From NCBI RefSeq assembly GCF_009914755.1, contig NC_060925.1: a stretch of 64,000 bases of DNA; one strand, 5' to 3'. Every line of letters begins with the position of its first letter. Positions within the stretch are counted from its first letter, which is position 1. The position numbers were made by a program, and so were the translations under genes. Source of the stretch: the human T2T-CHM13v2.0 reference genome, Homo sapiens. A model generated the notes under the pieces. It worked only from the letters and a program-made list of their open reading frames with translations, ran no database searches and was not told the origin of the DNA. This document shows positions 51,740 through 64,000 of this stretch, one piece after another.

Positions 51740-54127
51740 TTAAAGATTCTCATGTATTTGTCAAAACAAATTTGTGAGCTAGGTTTTATAATTACCCCCA
51801 CTTTGCAGTTGAAAAACCGAAGGCATAGAGGTGTTGATGAGGTCTCAGAATTCAAAGACCACACTATGATCTCTCCTTGTGATGGTGTTCACTGTGTGAT
51901 GCCCTCGGTAGAAAATTTCCTCTTGTCTTAGAACCAGGAATAGCTTAGTGTTTCCTAAGCCTCTGGTTTGTCTTTACTTAATGGACGCTGAATTCTGTGA
52001 CTATCTTTCCCTTATTGTGTTATCTGCCAGAATGCTTCAAGTCAGTTGTGTGGCAGGTTTGGAGGGCAGGGCGTGCACATTGTGTAGGGGACTCGCTGGA
52101 TTCCAGAATTTCACATTCTTTCACTTATTTTTTTGCTACTCTTTAATGATGTTTCAAACTTATTTTTAATCTTGTCGCATGTCCTATGAGCTAGCTAAAT
52201 CTTTTCTGGAGCAACACAAAGTGACAAGCAAAATAAATAAACGTTTTTATTACTTGCTGTGCAACCTCAGATAATTCACTTAGTCTCTCTTAGCTTAATT
52301 TTCTCTATCTACAGAATTAGGATAATTCCTCCTACCTGCTGAGGATTAAGTGAGACAATGTGTGCAAAAAGGCTCTGTAAATTCAACAGTGGTATATAAA
52401 GGCAAGGTGACTTGTTACCAATATTGTTGTTATTAGTAACAAGATGGGGTCCCTGCCCCTGAGGCACCTGCACTCAGGGATTGGTAAAGAGGGTGTGGCT
52501 GGCTAGGACCCCCTCCTACGTCACTGGAAAGACACCCAGGGTTGTGTGGCTTGAAGGAGCTGCTGATGCTGCCCTGGCTGGAGAACAGAGCTGCATCAAA
52601 CCTCACGCTGTCCGTGCCTAGAGGCAGGGCCTTCATTGAAGCTGTCCCTACCGCCCTGCCCACTGGGCAGCTAACTGGCCAGAGAGGGACAGGCGATGTC
52701 TCCATAGCCACCAAGGCCCCCAGGGGGAGGTTGGCAGTCCCTGTGAGGTTGTAGGACTCTCCAGAGAGTCTTCTGGGATCTCAACCTCATCATCTGAGAA
52801 GACCATGGCCCCTCCTACTCCTAACATCTCAGAATGCTCAGGGACTTGCTGATATGAGATGGGCAGTGGCCTTGGTCTTTGGTGAGAAGGCTGGCTTGGG
52901 GCCTGCCAGATCTTCAGGCCTGTCCTCACTATCCCTCCTTGGAGCCTTGGCCCTGCACACCTCGCACTCTCCTCCCTCCTGTTCTTCACTCCACATCTTC
53001 CCTTCTTTCCAGCATTCCTCCAAAATGCCTTAATCCTGAACATTTGCAGGCCCAACCCAGCCAGTGCATCAACCCCTCACAGCCTCCATGGTAGTCCTCT
53101 CCCTTCACTGCATTCACATTGTTTTCTAAGCAACAGGAGGACCCTGGGGCTCATCGAAATGGGAGTTGCAGTATTCTTGGGAGAATGGGCTTATAGTGAA
53201 ACGTATTTTTTGTGGCTTTCTGTATTTTCTAACTTATCTAAAATAAGAATGTAATACTTTACCTTGAGGCAAAGAAGGGTAAAATATATTAGTTATATAG
53301 TGTGTAAGGAAAATGATATCAGTTTTGGTTCTCTGCTCTATCATTTTAAAACTGTGTGACTTCAAGGAATTGCCTCAGTTTCCCCATCTATAAAATGGAA
53401 ATACTGATATCTTCCTATATTGAGGTTAAATGAGAACACGTCTTTGGAAATTTACTTATAAACACATTAGTTATTGTTGTTGTTAGATTCAAGAGCAATA
53501 AACCATGGCAAGAACCTAGGAAGGCCCTTGTCTCATTGAAATTGTATTGCACCCTAGTCACAGCCCTGTGGTAGAGATTGTTGTCCACATTTGGCTAAGG
53601 GGGAAAGCGAGAGGTGAAGTGGTTTGACAGGCCACACAGTGGAGCCACCTTCAAGCCCCAGCCTCCTGACTCCAACTCTTGCTTACCTGCAGGCTCTTGG
53701 GGCCTGGAACCAAGTCTGCCGTTGGATCCGTGCCCCTTGCAGGGTCTCATGGATCCTGACTGACAGCGCAGAGCTGACTGCGTGGCCTTGAAGGTGCTGC
53801 ACCATTATCAGGGCCTCAGCTTCCCTGTGAGTGAAATCTTTGTTCTCCCTTCTCAACACATGAGAGATGCAACCTGACATGGAAGTGGTTTGGGTTTTAT
53901 TATAATCACACTTAAGGTTATTCCTAAGCGCATCATCTTCAGGCTGCAAGGTCTCCTCGAAATTCTTTTCCAAACAGAATTTCTTAGCGGAACCAAAAAA
54001 TGTCCCTCTCTTGGGGACTGGAGTCCTCCAGGGGGAGGAGGGTTGACAGAAAGCCAATCAAACAAGATGGAACAGGAATGAGCACTTTGCTGCTTCCCTG
54101 GCGTGTGATGGACACAGCATGTACATT

Positions 54128-54159
<32 letters not shown>

Positions 54160-54182
54160 CATGAGCATATGCACACACACAC
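54128..54182 (+). repeat. (TG)n-(GC)n..(CA)n alternating purine-pyrimidine tract
   Basis: Read directly. Confidence 0.9.
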
Positions 54183-57100
54183 GTGGGGCTGCCTGGGGTC
54201 TGGCCAGACTCAGGGTGGGTGGCAGAGGGCTCTGCTGAGATTCTACTTCCCTATCTCTTGCAGGAGGCAGAGAGGAGCGCAGCCAGAGTTTCTCTGGTAA
54301 AAATTCTCCAAATAGGGTTGGGGGAATACTTTCCTAGGGAACACCCACTCCCTAAAAAGAGCTGGATGGCTGCCTGCACTTGGATAGGATTCACTAAAAA
54401 CGCCCTTTCAGCAGGAGTTGGAGTTACAAAGGCCTTCACTGCCAGCCTTTCCCCCTGGCCTCTTTTTCTCCACAAACCTACCAAAAAGGCCCAGCAGCAC
54501 CAAGAAAGGTTGGTTCTCAAAATTTTCCCCATCAAAGTCACCTTGAGCCCTAATCCCCTACTTTCAAAATGCCTGTCCGGGCCCTGCCCGCCCAGCACAG
54601 CTTGTCAGCATTAGAATCCTGACTCACACCTCCTTTTCTCCGGGGCCCGCGAGGCACTCTGAGCTTGGCTGTTCCGCGTGCCCTCCTTCCTGCCTTTTTG
54701 CTTCCAGCTGACTTTCAGCTAGTTCCTCTGATGTATTGATCCTGTGAGGGGCTGGGCAGGGCTCCCGGCAGTGTCTCACAGGGCCCTGCAGGAGTGACTC
54801 AGCTGGAGATGGCTCTGACAATGTGGAGGAGGCATTTTCAAGCAGGTGCCTCAAGTCACAAAGCTAGCCCTGTCCCCAACTTCTCAAGAAGGGAAATGCT
54901 TATCATGTTGTCATGACACACCACCAGAGCTGTTTTTTTCTCTCTGGAAGTTGGACTGTTCCTAGCACATGGTCCAATGTGTCACTACAGAGATGTGAGT
55001 CAACCAAAGGCTCGAGGAGGGATGGACTCACCCTGGGAAAGAGCCCCAGGCCAGTGCTGTTCCCATGCATGTGGGTGCAGGGGTGGCTCAAGGGGCTGTC
55101 CTCTCCCCTCTCCTTCTACAAAGCAGTGACCTCTTTTATTCAAACAAAGTGCAAAGCCTTTTGGGGGCAGCAGAGAGGAGCCCTGGAGAAGGCTGGCAGG
55201 TGGCCAGGGTGGCTGAAGCTGGACCCTCTGTCTCTCCCCCTGCACATTCTCCGTCTTTCCTTTTGGGTTTTCTTTCTGGTTCTAGGTGCTCCTTCATGTT
55301 CTGTCCCTGCATTCTCTTTAAAGCTCCAACTCAAGTGTAGACCCAACCCTGCTCCTGGTTCCCATCACATCCCTGAAAGAGCCTGGTAATATAAAAAAGA
55401 ACTTCTTCAAATACTAAGGGTGAGCAAAAGGAAATAACCACAGACAAAGCAAACAACACTGCCTCAGGGTCTCCAGCCCCAGGTGGCCAGGACACTTGCA
55501 CAGGCCCCTCCCCGGCTCTTTCCCTGGCAGCCCTCTGCCTGTCCCTGTGGAGTGGCATCCTCTGTTTTATGGACATTTACCTCTAACACTCTGTCTCTTT
55601 TCTGGCTGAGACCCCATCCGGCTGGGGCCTCCTTCTCATTTTGAATGGAAGGACTGGTTCATTCTCAGGAGACTTGCAGAACTGGGAGGGTTGAGATAGA
55701 AGTGGCTTCCCCCTTCCTATCTCAGGTGGCAACTCCACCCAAGCCCTAAGGAGGGGCCTCTCTCTGCATATATAGGAAAATGGCTTTACAAGCCCCACAG
55801 AAATGCCAATGGCCATAGCAATTCTTAGGAAACAGAGAAAGCAAATGCCATTTGAAACCACAAAAACCTTCTATGGAGGGTGGAGCCTGGTAAAGGCAAT
55901 ATAACAATCTTAGGGTCCCCACTGCTCCTGGAAATGATGGCCAGTTATTCAGTTAGAAATCTTGTTGGGTTTTAAATGTGAGAAGATGGGGCCGGAACTG
56001 AGCTACACCTGGGGATGGGGCTGGGGCTGGACAGAAGTCAGGCAATTTAAAGAGGGACGTGTGGTGGTGGTTTGGATTTGAGGCCTAGAACTTGTGGGGA
56101 AGGGAGAGGGAAGACGATAGAATGATGGGAGTGGTGGGGAGCTGGGGGCAGGTGCCCACCAGCAGTCTGCTGTGCCACTGGGAAGTGGCACTTTCCATCA
56201 CAACAGACCTTCAGTTAAGTGCTGCTCCTCACTTTGTGTTGCTTGGAGTGTGGTGGAGCTAGACCCGTGTTCCATGACTGGGTCAATGAAGGAAGAGCCA
56301 TCGGAGACCAAGAGGAGGATGACATTTCAGAAGAGGTGGAACGTTGGTGGCAGAAGGGACTATGATCATATATGCTCTCCCCAACCCAGGAAGAGGCAGG
56401 ACGCATGGAGAGAGCCCCTGTTAGCCAGTTCCTGAGTGGCAACATGGGGGAGGGCTCGGAGCACATGCAACCGGCTGGCCCAGGTGGACTGCCGCTCACT
56501 GGCCTGGTGACCTTGAGCAGATTGCCTGAGTTGCTTCATCTGGAAACTGGGGATAACACCAGTACCTACCCTGCAAGGCAGGGGTGAGGAATGAATAAAC
56601 AATGCACTTACAGCCTGGCACACAGGAGGCCAAGAAGCTCTGGTGGACACCCTGCTTAACGTGCAGTTGGAATTCTGCACATAAATTGTCATCTGAGGCC
56701 TGTTTTTGCACCCATTCCTGATCTCACCTCTGTTCCCTCCCACCTCAAGTGCATCAGACACAGGTTTTGTGAAGAAAACATAAAATATCTCCTAGGGAAA
56801 CCCGACCCATGGTCGAGGATGTTGGTGAACTCCAAGTTGTGTCAAATCCAGACGATCAGCAGGGTAGGACTCTAAAATGACAGTCTTTTGAAGCAATTAT
56901 TGGTGTTTTTCAGGCCATCAAGATGGAGGGCAATGCCAGCCTGTGCTGGCCAGACATGGATGAACATCTTGCTGTGGCTCATCCTGTCCCAGGGGCTGTC
57001 TCTCTAATTCCCTCATCCCAAGGCCAAGTGGACTTCATGGAAAGCTCTCTACTCAGATTTCAGTGCAGCCCTAGAGAGGCCCTCAAGGTCTCAGGGACTT

Positions 57101-60100
57101 TATCCAGAAAGGAAGATATTAAATATTCATGGAGAATGAGTAGGTGTCAATTCAGACATGAGAGGAAAATGTGGCTACAGTGGATGGCTGATGAGGATGA
57201 ATGAGGGCCAGATGGGCTCGGGGTTGGCAGTGGCGTGGGGGCTGGAGGGAGGGGGAGGATGGCTGCTGTAGAGACCAAATTTTTCTGTGTTGCTGCTGAC
57301 ACTAAAACACCATAAACATATGATAGCAACTGGACAAGGCTGACCTATACTCTACAGCTCACCTTGTCTCCTTCCTCCTCTAAGGTAGAAATATTTATGT
57401 ACCATGGGGAGATTTTGGGTGGGGGTTAATTGGCTCAGGATCAAAACACTTTGATAAACGGCCTCTTTTTTCCTTGGTTTTCCTGCTGATGTTGCTTGTT
57501 GGTTTGCCTATTTCTGGTCTTAGATCTTCCTTGCATGGAAAAGACTAACTTTTGGGAGAGGGGAGGGGGTCTTTGCTCTGTGCCCTTTGACATTTAATGC
57601 CTTTAACTCCAAATTCTGTCTTTCACCTCTTCCCTACAGTATAGAGAGGCTCACAGGCACAGGATGAAGGCAGTGAGTGGGCAGGGGCCTGGGAAGGAAA
57701 GAGTGAAAACAAGGCAAGAGAATTTCCTATAAAAACCCAGAGACTAGGAAGGGCATGGGCTGGGTCTCATGAGACCTGATTTGGAGCCCAGATTTGCATT
57801 GACTCCCAACCACCCCAAGCAAGGTGTGAGACTTCTTTGGTCTGAAATTGCTCATCTATGGCAGGAGGAGGTTGAGCCAGGTCATCTCCGAGGCTCTTTC
57901 TAGCTCTGACCACCCCCAAGTCCATGAAAATATGGAGTCATAACACCATGGTCCGCGGGAAAATGTGAAGTCCCTCAGGGACTGCTCCAATTCTCCCAAG
58001 TTGGTTGCTATTCTGGTCATAGTTACACCCCATGACCCTAGTCTCTCTGAATTGCTGCTGATCTAGGAAACTGCATTCCCTTCCTCCTGGATGAATCCTG
58101 GAGTTCAAAAGTCTGTGACAGTGCCCAGAGGGGATGTTTGGCTGTTGCTTTCCTTGCGACCAAATAGTCTCTCTCCAGGAGAAAATGTCACTGTGTGCTA
58201 TTAGGTGGTGGAAGCACTAAGCAAGTGCATATGCTCTGGGAGCAAGGTGGGGGGAAGCAACGGGAAGTACATCTGTGTTGGAGAAATCGCTTTTTGTTGA
58301 TGCATGAGCTTGTTGCCTAATGATTTCCCATTCATCCTCTTGTAAGGGAAAGATTAGATATTTATTCCATCCAAAGGCACAGCATACTAATGAGGGGCAC
58401 ATTTGGCCGGGGGCAGGTTCGGCTTGCCCACCAGCTCTGTGCTGAAGCAGGCTGCGAGCAGAGGGAGGGAGGGAAGACAGGGCTGCGGTCTGGTTGCCAG
58501 TGAGAGCCGTACCCTACAGGAAGCTGGCCTGAGTGGGCAATGGGGCTGTCTGGAGGCTAGGGAACTCATCAAGAGTGAAAGTGGAACTGTCTCCACTGTC
58601 TGGGCCTCTGGCAGCTTTGTAAGGCCATTTCTTCTGAAGCAGCAGAGAAGGATCTTTTGTGAAAGGCCAAGTTTAGAAACAACTTAAATAAGAACACCCA
58701 AGGCCAGCAGAGCTGAGTAGCTCTGCTTACTGCAGGTCAGAGCCCTGTCTGGACCATTAGCTTTGTTTTCCAGCATCACATGGGAAACCTTTAGCCCCCT
58801 GGAGCCAAGAACAGCTACAGGTCCTAATTTTGGCTCAAGTGAGAGTGTGTGGAAGGGTCACCTCTGCAGCAGGAACAGTTTGTGGACTTGGAGTCCTCAC
58901 CTGTGGTGGAAGGGGCCTGCTGCTGCTCAGCTGTGGGAGTGTGTGACTTGACTCCTGGATTGACCATGGAGGCCCTAGTGAAGGCTGCCCGTGGGATGGA
59001 GGGTGGAACCCACACCTCTCCTCTTTCCTTTCTGGGTTCTTGGTGGATTTTCAGCAATCCTTCTCTAGAGGAGCCTTGGCCCCTTGGGCAGTCCCAGAAA
59101 AGTCAAGGTCCTGTTGGCTTTAGAACCTGGGGCTGGACACAGTGAGGCACATTCTCAGGATCTGAGCTTTGAGCATGGAGGGACCCCTCCCTGCACCCTC
59201 CAACCCCCAATTTCCTCCTAGTCACTATAGGACATGAGGTCTGAGGTTAGGGCTGCTGTTACTATTCTGGAGCAGGAAAAGCTGCTCCTTGCTTGATGTT
59301 CCCATCTGACCAAGAAATCCTTCCAGGGAGGCAACCAAGCTCTTCACCTCCTCCCCTCTTTGGTGAGAGGTACAAAGGAGAGGTCCCACCCATCTCTGCA
59401 TTGGCAGGAGTGGAAGGAATAAACTGTGAGTAGGATGCACTGGACATTTCCAGCGATTGGCCCAAGGGAGGGGGTGCCAGAGAATAACAAGGATGATGAG
59501 ACCAGGCCCAGGGGAGCATGGGGGCAAATGAACATCCAGCAAAGACAACCGGGGAGCTGCACAGCTCCCGTTGAGCAGCAAACACACAAGGGAGCCTTGC
59601 AGCCCTACCAAGGACCCGGTGGCTTCTGACTCAGGTGGGTGGGGGCCAGGCAGCTGGGAGGGCCACTGCTGGGCTCACTTGGACTGCTCAAAGAGGGCCA
59701 CAGGACTGGCCATCTTCATGCATTATTCAGAGTGCTCCGGCTGCATGGTTTGGCCTGGGGAGCAGTCTTCATGGGTTTGGGCAGGCCACCCAGGCCCCCA
59801 GACTCAGGCACACCTTTACACCCACTGGGGCTTCCGTGTAACCCTGATTTGCCCTGCTGGCCTCTTTCAGAAAACTCTCCCTCTCTGCTTCCATCCTGGC
59901 TTGGACCTGCATGCGGGAGTCCAGACACTTGGGAATTTAAGGCAGAATACTAGGGATACTGAGCCTTTCTGCAAATTTCTGATGGAAAGGGTAGTCTTGG
60001 CCTGAATTGCTCTGAGTTGCTCTCAGTCAGGGCTGCTCACTCTACCTCCCTGTCCCAGCCCCAACTTTTCCCTAAGCTATGGCCCATATATGGAACCAGC

Positions 60101-60159
60101 CTCTTGGCATACTGCCAAACCAACCCTCCTAGACCTTTAAAAACCCATTTCAAGAGTTG

Positions 60160-61212
60160 CACCCTCCAGAAAATTCCCCCAGAATAACACGGCCCGTGTC
60201 CCCGTTCCACAGTTGATCTTCCCCACTCGGGTTCCACCAAAGCGGCCCTTGTCAAGGCCGATGATAAGCTCCTTGATGCTGAACAAACTGGCCAGTTCTC
60301 AGTCTGCATCTTACTTGATTGGTCATAGCATCTAATACAGCTGAGCCTTACCCCCATCCTCTGGAAACACTTCCTTTGTTTCCTGAGACACTGTACCCTC
60401 CTGGCTTTCCTCTTTTCCCTGCTGTTAGTCTCCTTTGCTGGGTTTTCTTCATAGCCCCACATAAATTGTTAGAGTACCTCATGGTTAAATCCTGTTCCTT
60501 TCCTCTTTTCTATCTAAACTTATTCCACTGGGATCTCAATTAGTTTCATGCCTCTTGACACCATTTATATGCCGACATCTCCAAAATCTGTTTCTTTAGC
60601 CAAGACCTCACTCCTGGACTCCAGACTTTATATCCAGCTTCCTATGTAGCATCGCCACTTGGATGTCCAAAAGGTATCTCAAATATGACATGTCCAAATC
60701 TGAGCTCCTAATCTTCCTCCCCATATGGGTTCTTCCTCCAAGATTTCCCAACTCAGCATCCCAAGTTGCTCGGACTGAAAATCTTGATTCTTCTCTTTCT
60801 CTACACCTTAGACCCTCCACCCAGTCTGTCATCAAATACTGCTGGCTGTGCTTTCAAAATATATTCAGAGACTAGCCACATCTTACATATCTACCACCAT
60901 ATTTGTTCAACCTATTTTCATCTCTTTTTTAAGACAATCACATCCCCACTGACTTCCTGCCTTTCCTCTGACTGTGTACAGTAGTCTAGTCCCCGCCCAT
61001 CAGCTGCAGTGATCCTTTTAAACTTTTGGTTGTGGAACCATATTAACCTCTCCCGCCTCTTACCTCTCCCGCCTCTTACCTCTCCCACTTCATCTTTCAC
61101 TCTTTCCCCTCCCCAGCCCTGTTTCTGCTTCTGCCACACTCACTGGTCCTCTTGCTGTTCTTTGTTTTTCTCTTTCTTTCTTTCTTTTTTTTCTGTCTTT
61201 TTTTCTTTCTTT

Positions 61213-61256
<44 letters not shown>

Positions 61257-62030
61257 TCCTTTCTTTCTTTCTTTCTTTCTTTCTCTTTCTTTCTTTTTCT
61301 TTCTTTCTTTCTTTCTTTTTCTTTCTTTCTTGACAGAGTCTTGCTCTGTTGGCCAGTCTGATGGATCACAGTGCAGTGGTGTAATCATGGCTCACTGCAG
61401 CCTTGATCTCCCAGGCTCAAGCGATTGTCCCACCTCAGCCTCTGAGTTGCTGGGATTACAGGCATGCACCACCACACCTGTTTTTTTTTTTTTTTTTTAA
61501 TTTTTTGTAGAGACGAGGTCTCCTTGTTTTGCCAGGGGCTGGTCTCAAAATCCTGGCCTCACATAATCCTCCTGCCTCGGCCTCCCGAAGTGCTAGGAGT
61601 ACAGGAGTGAGCCACTGTGCCTGGCCTCTTTCCTGTTCTTTGATCATGCCAGATGCCATCCCACTGCAGGGTCTTTTCTCTCTGCCTGGACCTCTCTTCC
61701 TGCAAATATCTGCAGGGTTCTCTCCCATATTTCAGGTCTACTCAAAGGGCACCCTCTCAGGGAGGTCTCCCCTGCCCACCCTGTTTTGCCCTGCTGTCCT
61801 CCCTTCAACCCACCCTCCCCAACCCAACTTTCCTATCACATTTCCCTGCTTCATCTTCTCCATGCCATTTATGACTCTCAGACATACTATTTATCTTAGT
61901 CATTTGCCTTCTTCCACTAGAGCATAAGCTCCACAAGAGCAGGGACTTTGTTGACTGCTGCATCCTCAGCATCTAGGACCATGCTTGGCACTTAGCAGAT
62001 GCTCAAACAGGTCATTGCTGAATGAATAAT
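60160..62030 (+). mobile_element. Long L2 LINE remnant (interrupted by AluJ)
   Basis: cttgtcaaggcc..ctccagactttatatccagc..ccacttggatgtc..catgtccaaatctgagctc; 3' end cttggcacttagcagatgctca..gaatgaat. Confidence 0.85.
61165..61626 (-). mobile_element. AluJ-type SINE with tail expanded into a ~165-bp (TTTC)n tract
   Basis: Reverse Alu 61332-61626; (TTTC)n 61165-61331; ctgttcttt on both flanks. Confidence 0.92.
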
Positions 62031-63649
62031 TCCCGAGTGATTCCTCCTTTGACTTCCTCTTTTTCCTTTCTCTTGATCTCCTCCTGCTAGGTGCTCTTTG
62101 CTGCCTGACCCTCTTTCTCCTTCATCCTGGCTGTGGGCGTTCCCCAAAGCTCGGTTCTTGTTCCTGAATTCTCCTTCTGCCATCTGTATCCCTCATCCCA
62201 CTCACTCACTCTCCTCGCTTCAATACTCACCTCCATCTCCCCTTTTTCCTTTTAATGTAATGTAAATAATTGTGTTCCTTTCATTAGCTTTTTACTTGCT
62301 CTGAAACCTCTGTTCAACTGTGAGTTCCTTGAAAGCAAGGACTATGTTTGCCCCTTCAATACCCAGTTAGTTGTTCTAGGACCCAAGTATGTTCTTTGAG
62401 GGCTCGTTGAAGACCTGCTTAGTGGATGAAGATTCAATATGCTTACCTCTTACTCCTGCCCAGGACAGACCTAGAAACCTGAGATCCAAGATGGACACTT
62501 CGAAGGCGTTGTCTCAAACTGCTAGTCAATGAGGCTTTGGGAGGCTTCACCCCCGGGTGATTTAATGAGTCACAGTGGATCAATTAGCTGATTCTTTGGC
62601 TCTACTTGAAAAAGCCTTTTGTGGCCACTCTGGGATCTCATTCGACTTGAGTGTGTGGGCGTGAGAAGAGGATGCAACTGAAATTTTTTTCAAGCAAGCA
62701 AGCAATTTCATTTCAGGAGGCCTGCCTTCCCCCAACATGCTGGGCCAGTGAGGGACCTGCATGTCCCCAAGACAGCAGAACTGGTTTCCTGCCTCCCCCA
62801 TCAGACTGCGAGGTCTTGAGGGCAGGACTGGAGTTGAAGTCATATTCCCAGCCTGGTGCCTGGTACATAGTAATTACTCTGCAAGTAGTTATTATACAAA
62901 GAAAAGAAACCCAATCTTATGTGAGAGAAAATCTCTCTAGATCCTTCCCCAAGTCCAAAGAGAACAGAGGAACATACTCGCCCTCCTCTGACTTCCTCTT
63001 TTATCATGCTCTGTCCTTCACTGTCATCAACATAGCCTGGCCTAAAACTTTTCTTTTCTAGAAGCAGCTTTTCTAGAGCAATCTCATCTGACTCTGATTT
63101 CTTTTCTTCATGTCTCCTAACACTTCTGCACATCTCTTGCAGTGCAGCAGCTTGCATAATTGTGTTGTAAGCATCCTGAACTGGTCTGTCCCCAGGTGTG
63201 TGCCTTGTGTATGAGGGGCTTGGGGACTTGGGGGCACAGGGCATCCCCTACAGTCCTTGTCAGCCTGGGCACCCTGATATGGAGGGCTCTTGCTTTACCT
63301 TCCTTTCCATAGCCCAGCCCATGGCTCTGCATTCAACAAGTGCCCAATGATGCACTGACCGGCACATAGTCAGCATTCAATGAATAGCTATTAAACTAAA
63401 AAGAAACAATGTCAAACCCACTGCTCACAGAAAGGAAATGGGGGAAAGGGTAAAGGAATCCAATGTCAGCACCAAACCCACTCCCAGAAATGACCAGATT
63501 TTGAGATGAGTGAGAGAACCTAACAAGTCCACAAAGAAAAAACAGAACAAAACACTCTTCTGGATCCCCTGATGAGCTGCACAATTTCAGTGTTTATTTT
63601 CTGTCCCAAGAAACAATGTAACCATGCTTCCCTCTGGCGGTGCAAGGAT

Positions 63650-63825
63650 CATGAGTTCAAATCTTGGCTTTATTATTTCTGTTTGGGTGACAATGGGTAA
63701 GTCACCTAACCTCAAACCTTCGTTTGTTTATTTACATATGGGGGATGACCATAAGTGTTGTGGTGAGGATGAAACATGGCAAAGCAGGTTGTGCCCTTGG
63801 CAGCTAGCAGGAGCTCAATAAGTAA
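63650..63825 (+). mobile_element. MIR SINE
   Basis: gagttcaaatcttggct..gggtaagtcacctaacctc..tgtggtgaggatgaaa. Confidence 0.65.
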
Positions 63826-64000
63826 TGACCAGCGCATCCCAGTAAATGGGGATCAGAAAGGAGATGGAAGGGAGGGAGCTGAGTGCCAGCATAGGAATGT
63901 GGCTCATGGGAAAAAGAGGAGGAAGGGTTGTTGATGGGGCCTCCCCTGTGGCAGAAACCTCCTAGAGGACATTCCCCACGGGCTTGAAGAGAGGCCTGAC

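Noticed and set aside
52607-52622. Possible REST/RE1 site (ctgtccgtg)
   Set aside because: Only one half-site; the GTGCTGAA half is missing
61009-61500. Phe/Ser/Leu-rich and Lys/Glu/Arg-rich ORFs
   Set aside because: Translations of the (TTTC)n Alu tail

Overview
Primate (almost certainly human) genomic DNA holding the 3' half of synaptotagmin-6 (SYT6) on the minus strand. It has three C2B-domain coding exons (35245-35365, 30738-30909, 29371-29521), a 69-nt exon carrying the GNPRL* stop (25378-25446), and a ~2.8-kb terminal exon (about 20939-23729) ending at an ATTAAA signal. Bases 35366-64000 are one long intron; the C2A/TM exons lie beyond the window. Downstream of the gene (1-20900) is repeat-rich DNA: the 5' part of a decayed HERV-L provirus (MLT2A-type LTR, gag, protease, RT) nested in an older MaLR element, an L1MB fragment, Alus, L2s and MIRs. 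I found no convincing new multi-gene system. The best unexplained structure is a modular C-terminal switch in SYT6. The start of the '3' UTR' exon is an in-frame SYT10-like coding tail (WQGRAASFDSESSCPSPKPPPTP*) used if the 69-nt exon is skipped. That exon's stop lies 51 nt from the last junction (the NMD boundary). The upstream exon has tandem in-frame donors and a 128-codon open run into the intron. The three C2B exons form a stop-free 444-nt phase-0 cassette flanked by inverted AluY-like elements. Exon numbers (4-8) follow my recollection of the usual annotation. Repeat subfamilies and old-repeat boundaries were judged by eye and are approximate.
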